NCBI RefSeq assembly: GCF_004010195.1
Contig: NC_057752.1
Location: 13,630,104-13,694,103 of the forward strand
Length of the DNA: 64,000 bases
Origin: Chiloscyllium plagiosum
Taxonomy: Eukaryota
Reading direction: 5' to 3'
Part shown: piece after piece, positions 51,275 to 63,596 of the stretch
How positions within the stretch are numbered: the first letter of the stretch is position 1
Layout: every line of letters begins with the position of its first letter
Notes under the pieces: model-generated
The model's database searches: none
Told to the model about the DNA's origin: nothing
What the model saw: only the letters and a program-made list of their open reading frames with translations
Program-made: the position numbers and the translations under genes

Positions 51275-51930
51275 AGGGAACCGTGTCATCAGCAGCCACT
51301 AGCGAATGAGTGTGACTGTCCCCCTGGGAAATTCTGTATCCCAGGTCATGGGGTTCAGTGGGTCTTGTGTGGACAATCCGAGAGCCGCATCTCCCGCTGT
51401 ACATTTGACAGGAGCTTCCTCCAAGTTGGTTTCTTCTGAGCGAGAGACTCCCACATGTTGACATCTCCGCTGTATGTCTTAAGGGAAGCCTTCAGGGAGT
51501 CTTCGAAATGCTTATTTTGACCTCCTCTCATCCCAATGCCTTTCCCTGAGCTGGGGCGAGGAAGACTTGCTTTGGCAGTGGGAACTCAATTATCCCAAGC
51601 ACATGGCCGGCCCAGCCGAGTTGCTTTCAGATGATCATGGCCTCGAGGCTGCTGCTATTGGCTGCTTCACGGTCTCTGATGTTACTATACCTGTCCTCCC
51701 AAGTGATGCAGAGAATCCATCTCCAACAGCATTGATGGTGCTTCTCAAGGGTCTGGAGGTGGGGTCTACACAAAGTCCAAGATTCAGAGCAATATCGAAG
51801 AGTCAGAAGGAGAGTGCCATATAAACAAGGATCTTGGGATCAGCAGGGATGTTGAAGACTCTCATCTTTAGGCTTCTGAAGGCATGCTCGCAAATTCAAT
51901 GTTGAATTGCCACATTGATGTCAGCATTAG
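51275..51930 (-). mobile_element. RTE-clade LINE 3' fragment
   Basis: Minus-strand translation KHHQCCWRWILCITWEDRYSN...LEAMII*KQLGWAGHV resembles the RTE C-terminal motif. Confidence 0.7.
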
Positions 51931-51949
51931 ATGAGAGATAGCTTCCCAG

Positions 51950-52660
51950 ATAAGGAAGCCATTCCACATTTGGGAGGGTTGATGTTCAGGAAGCAGAGTG
52001 GAGGGCACGCCCCTGTCTACATCAATGCAGCTGAGGTCGAGAGTATCAGGTTCCTCGGAGTGACGATCACCAATGTGTCCTGGACCTCTGACATTGATGT
52101 GTTAGCCAAGAAGGCACAGCAAATCAGGGGGCTAAGGAAGTGCGGCAAGCCCATGAGAACCCTCACCAACTTTTACAGATGCACCATAGATCCGGATGCA
52201 TCACGGCTTGGTACAGCAACTGCTCTGCCCAGGACCGTAACAAACTACAGGGAGCTGTGAGCACAGCCCAGTCCCTCACACAACCCAACCTTCCATCCAC
52301 TGGCTCCGTCTACACTTCCCACTGCCTCGGGAAGGCAGCAACATCAGCAAAGACACCTCCCACCCCGGGTACACTCTCTTCCAACCTCTTCCATCGGGCA
52401 GAGAAGCATAAACACATGTACCAACAGATTCAGGAACAGCTTCTTCCCCGCTGTTATTAGACTCCTCAATGGACCGCGCAAATTTCAAATCTAAGGTTGA
52501 ATTTGTTTTTGGTGCAACGTCTCTGCATCCGTAACGCTGTATTCCTGGCTCTGTTCTAGCACCCTAATACACTTTGTATGGTATAGTCTGCCTTTGGTGC
52601 ATATAAAACTCAACTTTTCACTGTACTGAGGTACATGTGGCAATAATAAATCAAATCTAA
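51950..52660 (+). mobile_element. Rex1/Babar-like LINE 3' fragment
   Basis: PVYINAAEVESIRFLGVTI...KKAQQ...LTNFYRCTI...CITAWYSNCSAQDR; AATAAATCAAATC tail. Confidence 0.75.
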
Positions 52661-52949
52661 ATGAAGGGATTCATTTACCTTGGGCTGCAATCATGGTTTA
52701 ATGTTCCTACCTTTTGTCCAGTCAAGAACCAAGGGTTCACAGTGTGAGATATTCCATGCTCTCAGTCTTCATTTTGATGAATCCTGTCTGTCCACATTTC
52801 AAAACTTTATCTTTCAATTTGTGTGGTAATGGTGATGAATGTTTGGATTCATGGCAAATAGACAATTGCTGATTATACAAGGAAGCGTTTTGCTGTCCAA
52901 TCCACACCTTCTGCAGCTTTATTTTGTCCTTTCTCCTCAATAAGCAATG

Positions 52950-53318
52950 AGGGTGGCTTGGTGGCTCAGTGGTTAGCACGGCTGCCTCACAGCACCAGGG
53001 AACTGGGTTCGATTCCAGCCTCGGGTGACTGTCTGTGTGGAGGTTGTATATTCTCCCTGTGTCTGCGTGGGCTCCCTCTGAGTGCTCTGATTTCCTCTCA
53101 CAGTCCAGGGATGTGCAGGTTAGGGTGGATTGGCCATGCTAAATTGTCCCATAGTGCCCAGGGATGTGCAGGTTAGGGTGGATTGGCCATGCTAAACTGT
53201 TCCATAGTGTCCAGGGATGTGCAGGTTAGGGTGGATTGGCCATGCTAAATTGTCCCATAGTGCCCAGGGATGTGCAGGTTAGGGTGGATTGGCCATGCTA
53301 AATTGTCCCATAGAGCCT
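52950..53318 (+). mobile_element. HE1-like SINE head running into a 53-bp array and an assembly gap
   Basis: A/B boxes, then ~4 units before the N-run. Confidence 0.85.
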
Positions 53319-54315
53319 NNNNNNNNNNNNNNNNNNNNNNNNNNNNNNNNNNNNNNNNNNNNNNNNNNNNNNNNNNNNNNNNNNNNNNNNNNNNNNNNNN
53401 NNNNNNNNNNNNNNNNNNNNNNNNNNNNNNNNNNNNNNNNNNNNNNNNNNNNNNNNNNNNNNNNNNNNNNNNNNNNNNNNNNNNNNNNNNNNNNNNNNNN
53501 NNNNNNNNNNNNNNNNNNNNNNNNNNNNNNNNNNNNNNNNNNNNNNNNNNNNNNNNNNNNNNNNNNNNNNNNNNNNNNNNNNNNNNNNNNNNNNNNNNNN
53601 NNNNNNNNNNNNNNNNNNNNNNNNNNNNNNNNNNNNNNNNNNNNNNNNNNNNNNNNNNNNNNNNNNNNNNNNNNNNNNNNNNNNNNNNNNNNNNNNNNNN
53701 NNNNNNNNNNNNNNNNNNNNNNNNNNNNNNNNNNNNNNNNNNNNNNNNNNNNNNNNNNNNNNNNNNNNNNNNNNNNNNNNNNNNNNNNNNNNNNNNNNNN
53801 NNNNNNNNNNNNNNNNNNNNNNNNNNNNNNNNNNNNNNNNNNNNNNNNNNNNNNNNNNNNNNNNNNNNNNNNNNNNNNNNNNNNNNNNNNNNNNNNNNNN
53901 NNNNNNNNNNNNNNNNNNNNNNNNNNNNNNNNNNNNNNNNNNNNNNNNNNNNNNNNNNNNNNNNNNNNNNNNNNNNNNNNNNNNNNNNNNNNNNNNNNNN
54001 NNNNNNNNNNNNNNNNNNNNNNNNNNNNNNNNNNNNNNNNNNNNNNNNNNNNNNNNNNNNNNNNNNNNNNNNNNNNNNNNNNNNNNNNNNNNNNNNNNNN
54101 NNNNNNNNNNNNNNNNNNNNNNNNNNNNNNNNNNNNNNNNNNNNNNNNNNNNNNNNNNNNNNNNNNNNNNNNNNNNNNNNNNNNNNNNNNNNNNNNNNNN
54201 NNNNNNNNNNNNNNNNNNNNNNNNNNNNNNNNNNNNNNNNNNNNNNNNNNNNNNNNNNNNNNNNNNNNNNNNNNNNNNNNNNNNNNNNNNNNNNNNNNNN
54301 NNNNNNNNNNNNNNN
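53319..54315. other. Assembly gap after the 53-bp array
   Basis: N-run. Confidence 1.
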
Positions 54316-54326
54316 GAGGCTCCCAA

Positions 54327-54366
54327 GCACTGAGGATGTCACCTAGACAGGGGACGAAACGTCTGC
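54327..54366 (+). ncRNA. Minimal hammerhead ribozyme motif, third PLE family
   Basis: gcaCTGAGGAtgtcacctagacaggggacGAAACGTCtgc; helix I gca/ugc, GUC triplet. Related copies with core mutations at 44761-44800 (+, CUAAAGA), 10490-10530 (-) and ~59230-59270. Confidence 0.72.
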
Positions 54367-54419
54367 AACACAAATTCCCAGCTCGGCGAACAGAACCACA
54401 ACAAACTGCAGAAAGCTGT

Positions 54420-55080
54420 AACACAAAGAGGTGTGAGGGGACCTGTGCCTGAAACACGGAAAGCTAGAACACAGGGGCAGCAGGGAATCAGGAAGACTAA
54501 TGGAATGTTGGCCCTTATTCCAAGGGGGTTGGAGTGTAAGATTAGGGAAGTCTTACTGTAACTGTACAAGGTGCTGGTGAGACCACGTCTGGAACACTGT
54601 GAGCAGCTCTGGTCCCTTAAATAAGGAAATATATCATTTCATTGGAGACAGTTCAGAGAAGGTTCACTCAGATGATCCCTGGTGTGGAGGGATGAGGAAA
54701 GGTTAAACAGGCTGGGACTCTACTCACTGGAGTTGAGAAGGATGAGAGGTGATCTCAGTGTTGGATTCCTAAGGGGCTTGGCAGGGTAAATGCTGAGAGA
54801 ATGTTTCCCCTCATGGGGGAGTCAAGGGCTAGAATAAAAGGTCACCAATTTCAGACTGAGATGAGGAGGAATTTCTTCTCTCATAGGGTTTGGAACTCCT
54901 TGCCACAGAGACCTGTAGGGACAGAGCCCTTGTGTATATTTAAGGCTGAGATAGAGAGCTTCTCGATCAGTCGGGGAATCAAGGATGATGAGGACAATTG
55001 GATCAGCCATGATCCAGTTGAATGGCAGAGCAGGCACAAGGAGCCGTGTGGCCTACTCCTGTCTTCATTTCTGATGGCCT
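54420..55080 (+). mobile_element. CR1 LINE 3' fragment
   Basis: CTGTACAAGGTGCTGGTGAGACCACGTCTGGAA (LYKVLVRPRLE); EMRRNFFSHRVWNSLP. Confidence 0.75.
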
Positions 55081-55392
55081 TTAACTCCTTTGTAACTTTT
55101 CAGAATCTCCTCATAGTCGAGTTTTTCAAGTGTACAGTCCCTGTTGACTGATTATTTTTAAATCGACCCATTTGGCAATGTGACAGCACACCGAAAGGTG
55201 GGGCTTGAACCTGGATCTTCTGGCCTCGAGGTAGTGACATCACCACTGTGCCACCAGTCCCTTTTCCTTTCCAAATTCCACCAGCTACCATGGCGGGAAT
55301 TGAACCCATATGCTGGCAACATTAACCCAGGTCTCTGAATTACTCATCCAGTGGCATTATAACACCATCATCTCCCCTCATGGGGCTTTGAT

Positions 55393-55787
55393 CATAGAAT
55401 CCCTACTGTACGGAAGCAGACCAGCAAGTCATTCATGCTATCAAGTCCACAGCGACCCTCCAAAGTGCTTCCCACCCATACCCAACACCCCTACCCTATC
55501 CCTGTAACCCTGCACTTCCCATGGCTTACTCACCTAACCTGCCCATCCCTGGACATCATGGGCAATTTAGCATGGCCAATCCACCCTAACCTGCCCATCC
55601 CTGGACACTATGGGACAATTTAGCATGGCCAATTCACCTAACCTGCACATCTTTGGACTGTGGGAAGAAACCGGAGCACCCGGAGGAAACCCACGCAGAA
55701 GCGATAGATAGTCACCCGAGGATGGAATTGAACCTGGGTCCCTGGCGCTGTGAGACAGCAGTGCTAACCACTGAGCCACCACGCCAT
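55393..55787 (-). mobile_element. HE1-like SINE with 2-3 internal repeat units
   Basis: Reverse-complement head at 55725-55787; repeated CAATTTAGCATGGCCAAT. Confidence 0.82.
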
Positions 55788-56929
55788 CCATAATGGGGGG
55801 GGGGGGTCTGACGATTCATTCATGGCCTCCAATTTCTTAGCCATTTCAGCAGCTATTTGGGTTGAGTTTTGGAAACTCAACCAGCATTCCTGTTTCTTGT
55901 ATTGTGAAGGTCATTGGTAACTCCACAGGGAGCTGTAACATGTTCTTTGCTGCTTTCTTTTTGTCACATTATCTAATTTTATGAGTACTCTGGGATCCAT
56001 TATTAAGTAGTTATAGAATCTTGGAATCACATATGATTTCAAAATGTCTAATCACCGGGTAGGTTTTCAGACAAACAGCATCAAATTATCAATCCAATTT
56101 TGCAATTTACTTCCCCAATTAACTTAACTCCCACCAGGGATCAATACAGGGCTCCGAGATGTCTTCCTCAAATTCACCTAGACTGATATAATCTAATTCT
56201 GGCTTGTTTGAGATTCACTTTTGCTTATTATTATAATTAGATGATCTGCATTTACTAATCAAATAATACCCAGCAGTCTTTTTCGATATTAATTTCCAGA
56301 CCTACCTTTTATTTGTGAGCCATTTCGTAAATCAATATGGTCACACAAAGCAAAGGCTGTACGATTTACTGACCCATTATTGGTGCCCATTTTGCTACCT
56401 GTTCCCTTTTCCTCAAGGGAAAATATCACGGTGTTCGGGGCTTTTAACTCCTTTACCAATTAAAGTTCACCCATGTTACATCACAACGGATTATGACTCC
56501 AAATTGCTCATGGATATTAAATTTTTAAGTACACATATACATTTGAACATAAAGCCAAAAGATGGTCGAGTAAATCATTTCAGTGGTTGTATGGGAAAAT
56601 CCCTTGCACCGAGTCCTGAGGGGAAGCACAGACTGTCACACCTGAAGAGTGTCAAGGGAACTTCGGACTGCAACACAGATCTATTCAAAGGCTGAGCTGT
56701 GATCTCCTGGGGGATGCGTCCCAGACTGCAGACACGATGTGAGTTGGAGGAAAGGCTGCTCTGAGCAAACTACATGTTTATGTCTTAGCCCTCCGGCAAT
56801 ACTCACAAAAGAGAGTTCAAACTCGACTACAATCTTTGGTCTCTGTAGTGATTGGAACCAGGTTGACCTCATTGACTACGAGGTCATTGATGGCCGCTGT
56901 TAACCTGGGTCAATCAGGAAATCCCCAGC

Positions 56930-57378
56930 TGATGAATGCAACCAGAGACAACAGGTCCAGGCAGCGGGCTGTGGAGGGGGTCGTTCGGCCCGATTACCTG
57001 TTCCGTGGGTATGTCTGTGCTCGGGTGTCCCTGGAGAAGGAGCACACGGTGTCTACCAACACTCTTGAGCTGTTCAGGGAGAGGTGGGCGCCGCAGGGAG
57101 TGGAGTGTATTCTTTCCCCGTCCAACTCTATTTTGATTTAACCCCTGCCCTCCCCTTCACTGTTTGATCATGCAGCATTGCCCTCTGAGAAGGGCCCTGC
57201 TCGTCACTGGCCACTCGGGTGTTTCCTTTCTTCCTGGTGGTGGAAACTGAATAAAGATTTGAGCACCTTGTGTCTTTCACTGTGTCTCACACCTGCACAC
57301 ACACCACATGGGGAAAAATATAAGCACTGCCGGAGTTAGGCGGTAGTGTGAGGGAGGGAAAAATAAAACAAATAAAAA
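56930..57378 (+). mobile_element. Tx1/L1-like LINE 3' end with 3' UTR and A-rich tail
   Basis: LFRGYVCARVSLEKEH...LELFRERWAPQGVEC resembles a Tx1-clade ORF2 C-terminus; followed by AATAAA and an A-rich end. Confidence 0.55.
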
Positions 57379-57593
57379 ACCAGGAGATTTAGAATCTCCT
57401 CAAAAAAAAACAACCAGAGACAAAATGGCGGCCAGCCGGGAGGGAGGGAGGCCTGGGGCCTTAGAGCCAACCTGAGAACATCCAACCGCAGTGAGCAAGG
57501 ACGGTCCTTCACAAGCTTTGGTTGTGACTAGTGGACAATGGTATCTCAACTCTCCACCGTCAAAGACCCAGGTATATGGATCCTGGCTGATAG

Positions 57594-57930
57594 GGGGGCA
57601 GCGCAGTGGCTCAGTGCTTAGCACTGCTGCTTCCCAGCACCAGGGACCCGGGTTCGATTCCAGCATTGGGTGACTGTCTGTGTGTAGTTTTCACGTTCTC
57701 CCCGTGTCTGCGTGGGTTTCCTCCCACAGTCCAAAGATGTGCAGGTTAGGTGAATTGGCCATGCTAAGCTGACCATAGTGTCAGGTGCATTGGTCAGGGG
57801 TAAATATAGGGGAATGGGTCTGGGTGGGTTACTCTTCGGAGGGTCGGTGTGGACTTGTGGGTTACTCTTCGGAGGGTCGGTGTGGTCTTGTTGGGCCGAA
57901 GGGCCTGTTTCTATACTGTAGGGAATCCCA
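57594..57930 (+). mobile_element. HE1-like SINE with a ~33-bp duplication in the tail
   Basis: A/B boxes; TGGGTTACTCTTCGGAGGGTCGGTGTGG occurs twice. Confidence 0.85.
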
Positions 57931-58989
57931 TAATTAAAATAAAAAGCCTCAGACTTTGGAGACCCTCTGACCTGGCCCTTATTATCTCAGTAATGTACTT
58001 AAGTGAGAAATACGTTACCTCAAGGATGTCCTTCTGAACTTGATGCTTTTTCAACAAAGGCAAAACATTTACAACCAGGAGACTCGAGTCTCCTCAAGAA
58101 AAAATGAAAAGTAAGTGACTCTGAGCTGGCTGGCCACAGCCAGTGTACTGTGCACAAGTAAATGCAGGGTGACTTGGTGATGGGATACCAGCCTCTGTGC
58201 AGTTATTTCAGTCTCTGTGTGCGAATGTGTGAGAGTATGTTAGTTTTTGGTTCAAACCCAACTGTACTAAAGCATGAAGGGACACAGCTGATAGCTACCC
58301 ACCTACAGGTAAAACCAAAGAATGTCTTCCTGGTTGCTGTGACCAAATCAAATCAGCCACTGTTTGAGGAAAGTCGGCAAACTCGTTTAACCAAGCCTCA
58401 GAACGGAAACTCTCCAAACAACCACTCACTTGCCAACGTCAGCGCTACCAACATTTCTCACCTTAACAAACTGCTTCAGATTTGTTTTTTTTCAGAGTCA
58501 GCTCTCACTTCTAATCTGTGTGCATGTGTCCCATGTTTTATGATCTTTTCTCGTGTTTTGGAAAGAAGCAAACTTTTCCTCGAAAATTAACCCTGTCTCA
58601 CCTTTGGGGATATCCCCGCTGAAATCACAACACGTTGGGGATCCTCACCCAAAGACTGTTTGTGACAATTGCCCCATTCAATAACCATTGTCAGATCACT
58701 GTATAAACTTCCAATAAAGGGCCTGAGATTAAACTGTCATCACAATCAGGGCATAAGTATACCTTGCCAATGATATCATCCCTGTTTCATACCATGTGAT
58801 CTGAGGGTATAAAGATCTCAAACTCCATCTTACCTCAGGATCACCTGAAGCATAACATGTTACTCAGTGTTGCTTTGTTGTAGTCTAATGTCTGTGTCAT
58901 CATCACCATTGCAGATGAGGTTGACTCTCTTCCACTCTCAGGAGCATTGCTGACTGATGCAGCTACCACAAGCCTCTGTTACAGCGGGT

Positions 58990-59298
58990 TTTGAGAAGAT
59001 TTGTAGCTCAGATTGAGGTCCTGGATGTAGGTTTGTAGTTTAGATAGTTGAAACTCTTTCAACAAACACATCGAGTTAGACCCCCATCTACCACCCCCTG
59101 AGAAAAAAGAACAGCAAATGACATCACCACAGGAAATGATGTTGGCACAGGAAATGACATCACCAACCCAAAGAAACCCAAACATACAAATAGAAAGCAG
59201 GAGTCATGTACAGTGCTTCGCCTGAGGCCCGCTAAAGATGTTACCTAGTAGGGTGACAAAATGTCTGGAAATGAACCTTCCAGCTCAGTGAGCAAGCT
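58990..59298 (+). mobile_element. PLE 3' fragment (same family as 10410-11010)
   Basis: AACAAACACATCGAGTTAGACCCCATCTACC...AATGAACCTTCCAGCTCAGTGAGCAAG, with a short inverted 5' piece. Confidence 0.7.
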
Positions 59299-59309
59299 CT
59301 GTTACACTT

Positions 59310-59645
59310 GGGGCAGAAGGTGGTCACGGGAAGGGGTGAGTGGGGCATTGGTGTGGCACCACGCTCCTTACACCTGGCTTCTGCTTTTTTCCAAGGGCAA
59401 GTCTCGAGGCGCTCGACGCCTTCCCGGATGCTCCTCCTTCACTCTGGATGGTCTTGGGCCAGTGATTCCCAGGTGTCGGAGGGAATGCTGCACTTCTCCA
59501 GTAAGGCCTTGAGGGGGTCGCCGAAGCACTTTACTTGGGGCTCGCCTGCTGTTTCAGAGCTGGCAGTAGAGCACCTGCTTGGGGAATCTCATGTCAGATG
59601 ACGTGCCCAGCCCATCGCAGTCGATCAAGGGCGGTCAGGGCCTCA
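59310..59645 (-). mobile_element. RTE-clade LINE 3' fragment
   Basis: LRWAGHV...FPKQVLY...KCSIPSDTWESLAQD on the minus strand. Confidence 0.7.
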
Positions 59646-59649
59646 TAAG

Positions 59650-60730
59650 AGCAAAAGAACTAGGAGCAGGAGTAGGCCATCTGGCCCTTCGAGCCTGCTC
59701 CACCATTCAATAGGATCATGGCTGAGCTTTTTGACTCTCACCACAACTCTTAATTCTTTTACTGTTCAAAAAATGATTTCTCTTAGCTTCAGAAGCATTT
59801 ACTGAGGAAGCCTCAACTACTTCCCTGGGCAGGGAATTCCACAGATTCACAACCCTCTGGGTGAAGACGTTCCTTCTCAATTCAGTCCTAAATCTGCTCC
59901 CCCTAATTTTGAGGCTATGCCCTCTTGTCCTACTTTTACCCACCCGTGCAAACATCCTCTCTACTTCTATCTTATCTACTCCCTTCATAATTTTATATGT
60001 TTCTCGAAGATCCCCCCTCCCTCATTCTTTGAAATTCCAATGAATATAATCCCAGTCTCCTCTGTCTCTCCTCACAAGCCAACCCCCTCAACTCCAGAAT
60101 CAACCTAGTGAATCACCTCCGTGCCCCCTCCAGTACCAGTACATCCTTTCCCAAGTAAGGAGACCAAAACTGCGCACAGTTCTCCGGGTGTGGCCTCACC
60201 AGCACCTTGGACAGCTGCAACATAACCTCCCTGCTTTTAAACTCCGTCCCTCTAGTAAGAAGGACAATGTTCCATTTGCCTTCCTAATGAGCCGTTGTAC
60301 CTACAGACCAACCCTCTGTGATTCATGCACAAGGACACCCAGCTCCCTCTGCAGCAGCATGCTGCCATTTTTTACAATTCAAGTAATAGTCCTTTTTACT
60401 GTTATTCCTACCAAAACGGATGACTTCACATTTATTAACATTGTACTCCATCTGCCAGACCTTTGCCCACTCACATAAACTTTTTTGTGCCCCTTTGCAA
60501 AGTTTCACAGTCCTCTTCACACCTTGCTCTACCACTCATCTTAGTGTCATCCGCAAACGTTGACACACCTCACGTGATCCCCAACTCCAAATCATCTACG
60601 TAACTTGTGGATAACTGCGGTCCCAGCACTGTTCCCTGAGGCACACCTCTAGTCACTGATTGTTAACCAGAAAAGCACCCATTTATCTGCACCGTTGCCT
60701 CCTGTGAGTTAACCAATCCTCGATCCATGC
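59650..60730 (-). mobile_element. CR1 LINE 3' fragment
   Basis: EWAKVWQMEYNVNKCEV; SRTRGHSLKI...RRNVFTQRVVNLWNSLP. Confidence 0.85.
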
Positions 60731-61349
60731 GGGAGGTTGGACCGAAGAGTGTGTTCCCGTGCTGTATGACTCTATGTCTTGTTGCAGACACCAATGTGCT
60801 GCAGGTCTGGATATCCTATGGAAAAGTGCCATGGAGGTAGAACTGGGAGGTGAAGGGTTAAAATACAGATGGGGAGCACAGCTCAGGGGAGATGTCCAGC
60901 TGATATTCCTAAAGCAGGCTTTGAATCCAAGTTGAAATGCAGAATATAACTGTGGAATGTGTGGATCACTGTCCCAAAGTTTAAAAATGATTTTCAAATG
61001 TTATCGTCTTATTTTAATACTGAGGACTTCGTGGTCCAGAATGGTTTTAAAAGGAGCACTGACTGAAAATGATCCCAGAAAGCAGCTAGTTAACCCAGTG
61101 TTGTGAAACCGATGTGAAATAAACAAAGATAATCTAAGGTGAAATTAACATTTTATCAAAAGGCACTGATGCAAAGACATCAGTCAGATGCAAAGAGACC
61201 CTCATATCCTATTTTAACTTACACCTATATGATAAGTTTCACATATTGGAGATGAAAGGCATTATCTTCCATTTCCAAGCCTGAAAACGAGGAACTCAGC
61301 CATTGAAATTCGGAAACCAGCTGTATTTCAGGGAACCGCTTCTGGCAGA

Positions 61350-62190
61350 GCGTAGAGTCATCGAGTCATACAGCACGGAAACAGACCCTTCAGCCCAACC
61401 AGTCCATGCCAACCATCATCCCAAACTAAACTGGTCTCACCTGCCTGCTCCTGGCCCCTATCCCTCCAACCCTTTCCTATTTAAGTACTTATCCAAATGG
61501 CTTTTAAATGTTAAAAATCACACAACACCAGGTTATAGTCCAACAGGTTTAATAGGAAGCACTAGCTTTCGAAGCGTCGCTCCTTAATCAGGTGGTGATG
61601 AAGGAGCGTCGCTCTGAAAGCTAGTGCTTCCTATTAAACCTGTTGGACTATAACCTGGTGTTGTGTGATTTTAAACTTTGTCCACCCCAGTCTGACACTG
61701 GCATCTCCAAATCATGACTGTTATCTTTTAAACATTGTAATTGTACCCACATCCATCACTTCCTCATTCCACATGTGAACCACTCTTTGTGTAAAGGATT
61801 TGCCCCTCATGTCTTTTTTAAATCTCTCCTCCCACCTTAAAAATATACCCCCTAGTCTCAAAGTTGCCCATCCTAAGGAAAAGACAATTACCATTAACTC
61901 TCTCTATGCTCCTCATATTTTATAAACCTCTATAAAGTCACCTCTCAACCTTCTACACTCCAGTGAAAGAGGTCCCAGCCTATTGAATCTTTCTTTATAA
62001 CTCAAACCCTCCATAACTGGCAGCATCCTGGTAAATCTCTTCTGAACCCTCTCCAGTTTAATAATCTCCTTCCTGTAACAGGACGACCAGAAGTGGACAC
62101 AGTTCTCCAGACGAGACCTCACCAATGTCCTGTGTAACCTGGACATGACGTCCCAACTCCTGCACTCAAAGGGCTGAGCAATGAAGGCAG
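61350..62190 (-). mobile_element. CR1 LINE 3' fragment (contains the PLE palindrome insertion)
   Basis: LVRSRLENCVHFWS...RRLRGDFIEVYKI. Confidence 0.82.
61510..61725. repeat. PLE terminal-repeat palindrome inserted into a CR1 3' end
   Basis: ~75-bp arms turning at the hammerhead core; CTTTTAAA-like sequence on both flanks. Confidence 0.8.
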
Positions 62191-63019
62191 GAGAGAGAGA
62201 TTTACAATTGGAACCAGCTAAAAAATAGTTTTTCTGACCATCTCAAGAAGTGCCCGGTGCCCAGAGCTGATTAAAAAGAATTACCAAGACACCAAGAATT
62301 TGAAATGCAATTGAATATTCCATGCTGCAGAGGATACAAGACATCAGTTAAACAAACATGGTCTCGGGTTAAAACCACATGCCTTAACCATATGTAACTT
62401 ATGGACTGTAAGCTAAAGGGCTCAAGAGATATGGGAGTGGGTGGGATTAGAGTATTGAGCTCGATGATCAGCAATGAGCATAATGAATAACAGAGCAGGT
62501 TTGAGGAGTTGAATGGCTTATTCCTGCTCCTGACTTCCATGTTTAAGCTGTATACTACTTTCATTTTCCGTTTCACTATCGCCTTTTCAACTTTGTGTCT
62601 GTGTGTGTGTTTGACATTGTGTCTTTGTTCGTTTGCTTGGGATTAGCAAATCGGAAGGTTGCTCCTCTCTGCACTCGTAAAAATCTCGTCATTGGCTTCC
62701 AATTGTTTCTGGTGAGCTCGTGATCTGTATTTGCATTAGGGAGCGGTATAGCCACGTGCCAGAAAGAAAAGCAGAAAAGCTTAGTTGAGGCCAATGATGG
62801 AGATGGACATGACCGGGTCATTCACACTCCATCAGGACATAGCTTTTGTGTATTGACTTTATCCACTAAATAATGAAAGATTGGATGCTAATCTGCACCC
62901 TGTCACTTGCTCAAACTCTGTTACATTTCTGCTGTTCCTCAGTTCCCCCAGTCGTAACCCCACCTCTATTCTCCTCTCCAGATGTGTGCCTGAACTGTGA
63001 GTGTTTCCAATATTTCCAT

Positions 63020-63570
63020 AAGACTATAAGACGTAGGAGCAGAAATTAGGCCATTCGGCCCATCAAGTCTGCTCCGCCATTTAATCATGGCCGATACGTT
63101 TCTCAATCCCATTGTCCCACTTTCTCCCTGTAGCCCTTGATCCCCTTGATACTCAAAAACCTATCAATCTCACTCTCAAATCTACTCAATGCCCGTCTGT
63201 GGCAATGAACTCCATAGATTCCCCACTCTCTGGCTGAAGATGTTTCTCCTTATCTCCATCTAAAAGGCCTTCCCTTTACTCTGAGGCTGTGCCCTTGGGT
63301 CCTAGCCTCTCCTACCAATGGGAACATCTTCCCAATATCCACTCTGTCCAGGCCATCCAGTATTCTATATGTTTCAGTTAGATCCCCCCTCATCCTTCTA
63401 AACTCCGAGTATAAACCCAGAGTCCTCAAACGTCCCTCATATGTTAAGCTTTTCATTCCTGGGACCATTCTTGTGAACCTCCTCTGCTCCAGGGCCAGTA
63501 CATCCTTCCTGAGATATAGGGCCCAAAACTGCGCACAATACTCCAAATGTGGTCTGACCAGAGCCTTATA
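63020..63570 (-). mobile_element. CR1 LINE 3' fragment
   Basis: EYCAQFWALYLRKD...RRMRGDLTETYRIL. Confidence 0.82.
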
Positions 63571-63596
63571 GATATATAAATAAATAAATAAATATA

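Noticed and set aside
53245..54457. Long ORFs of 340-390 aa in the ORF track
   Set aside because: They consist almost entirely of N-gap translation (X); the same applies to ORFs across the 27.2-kb and 42.3-kb gaps.
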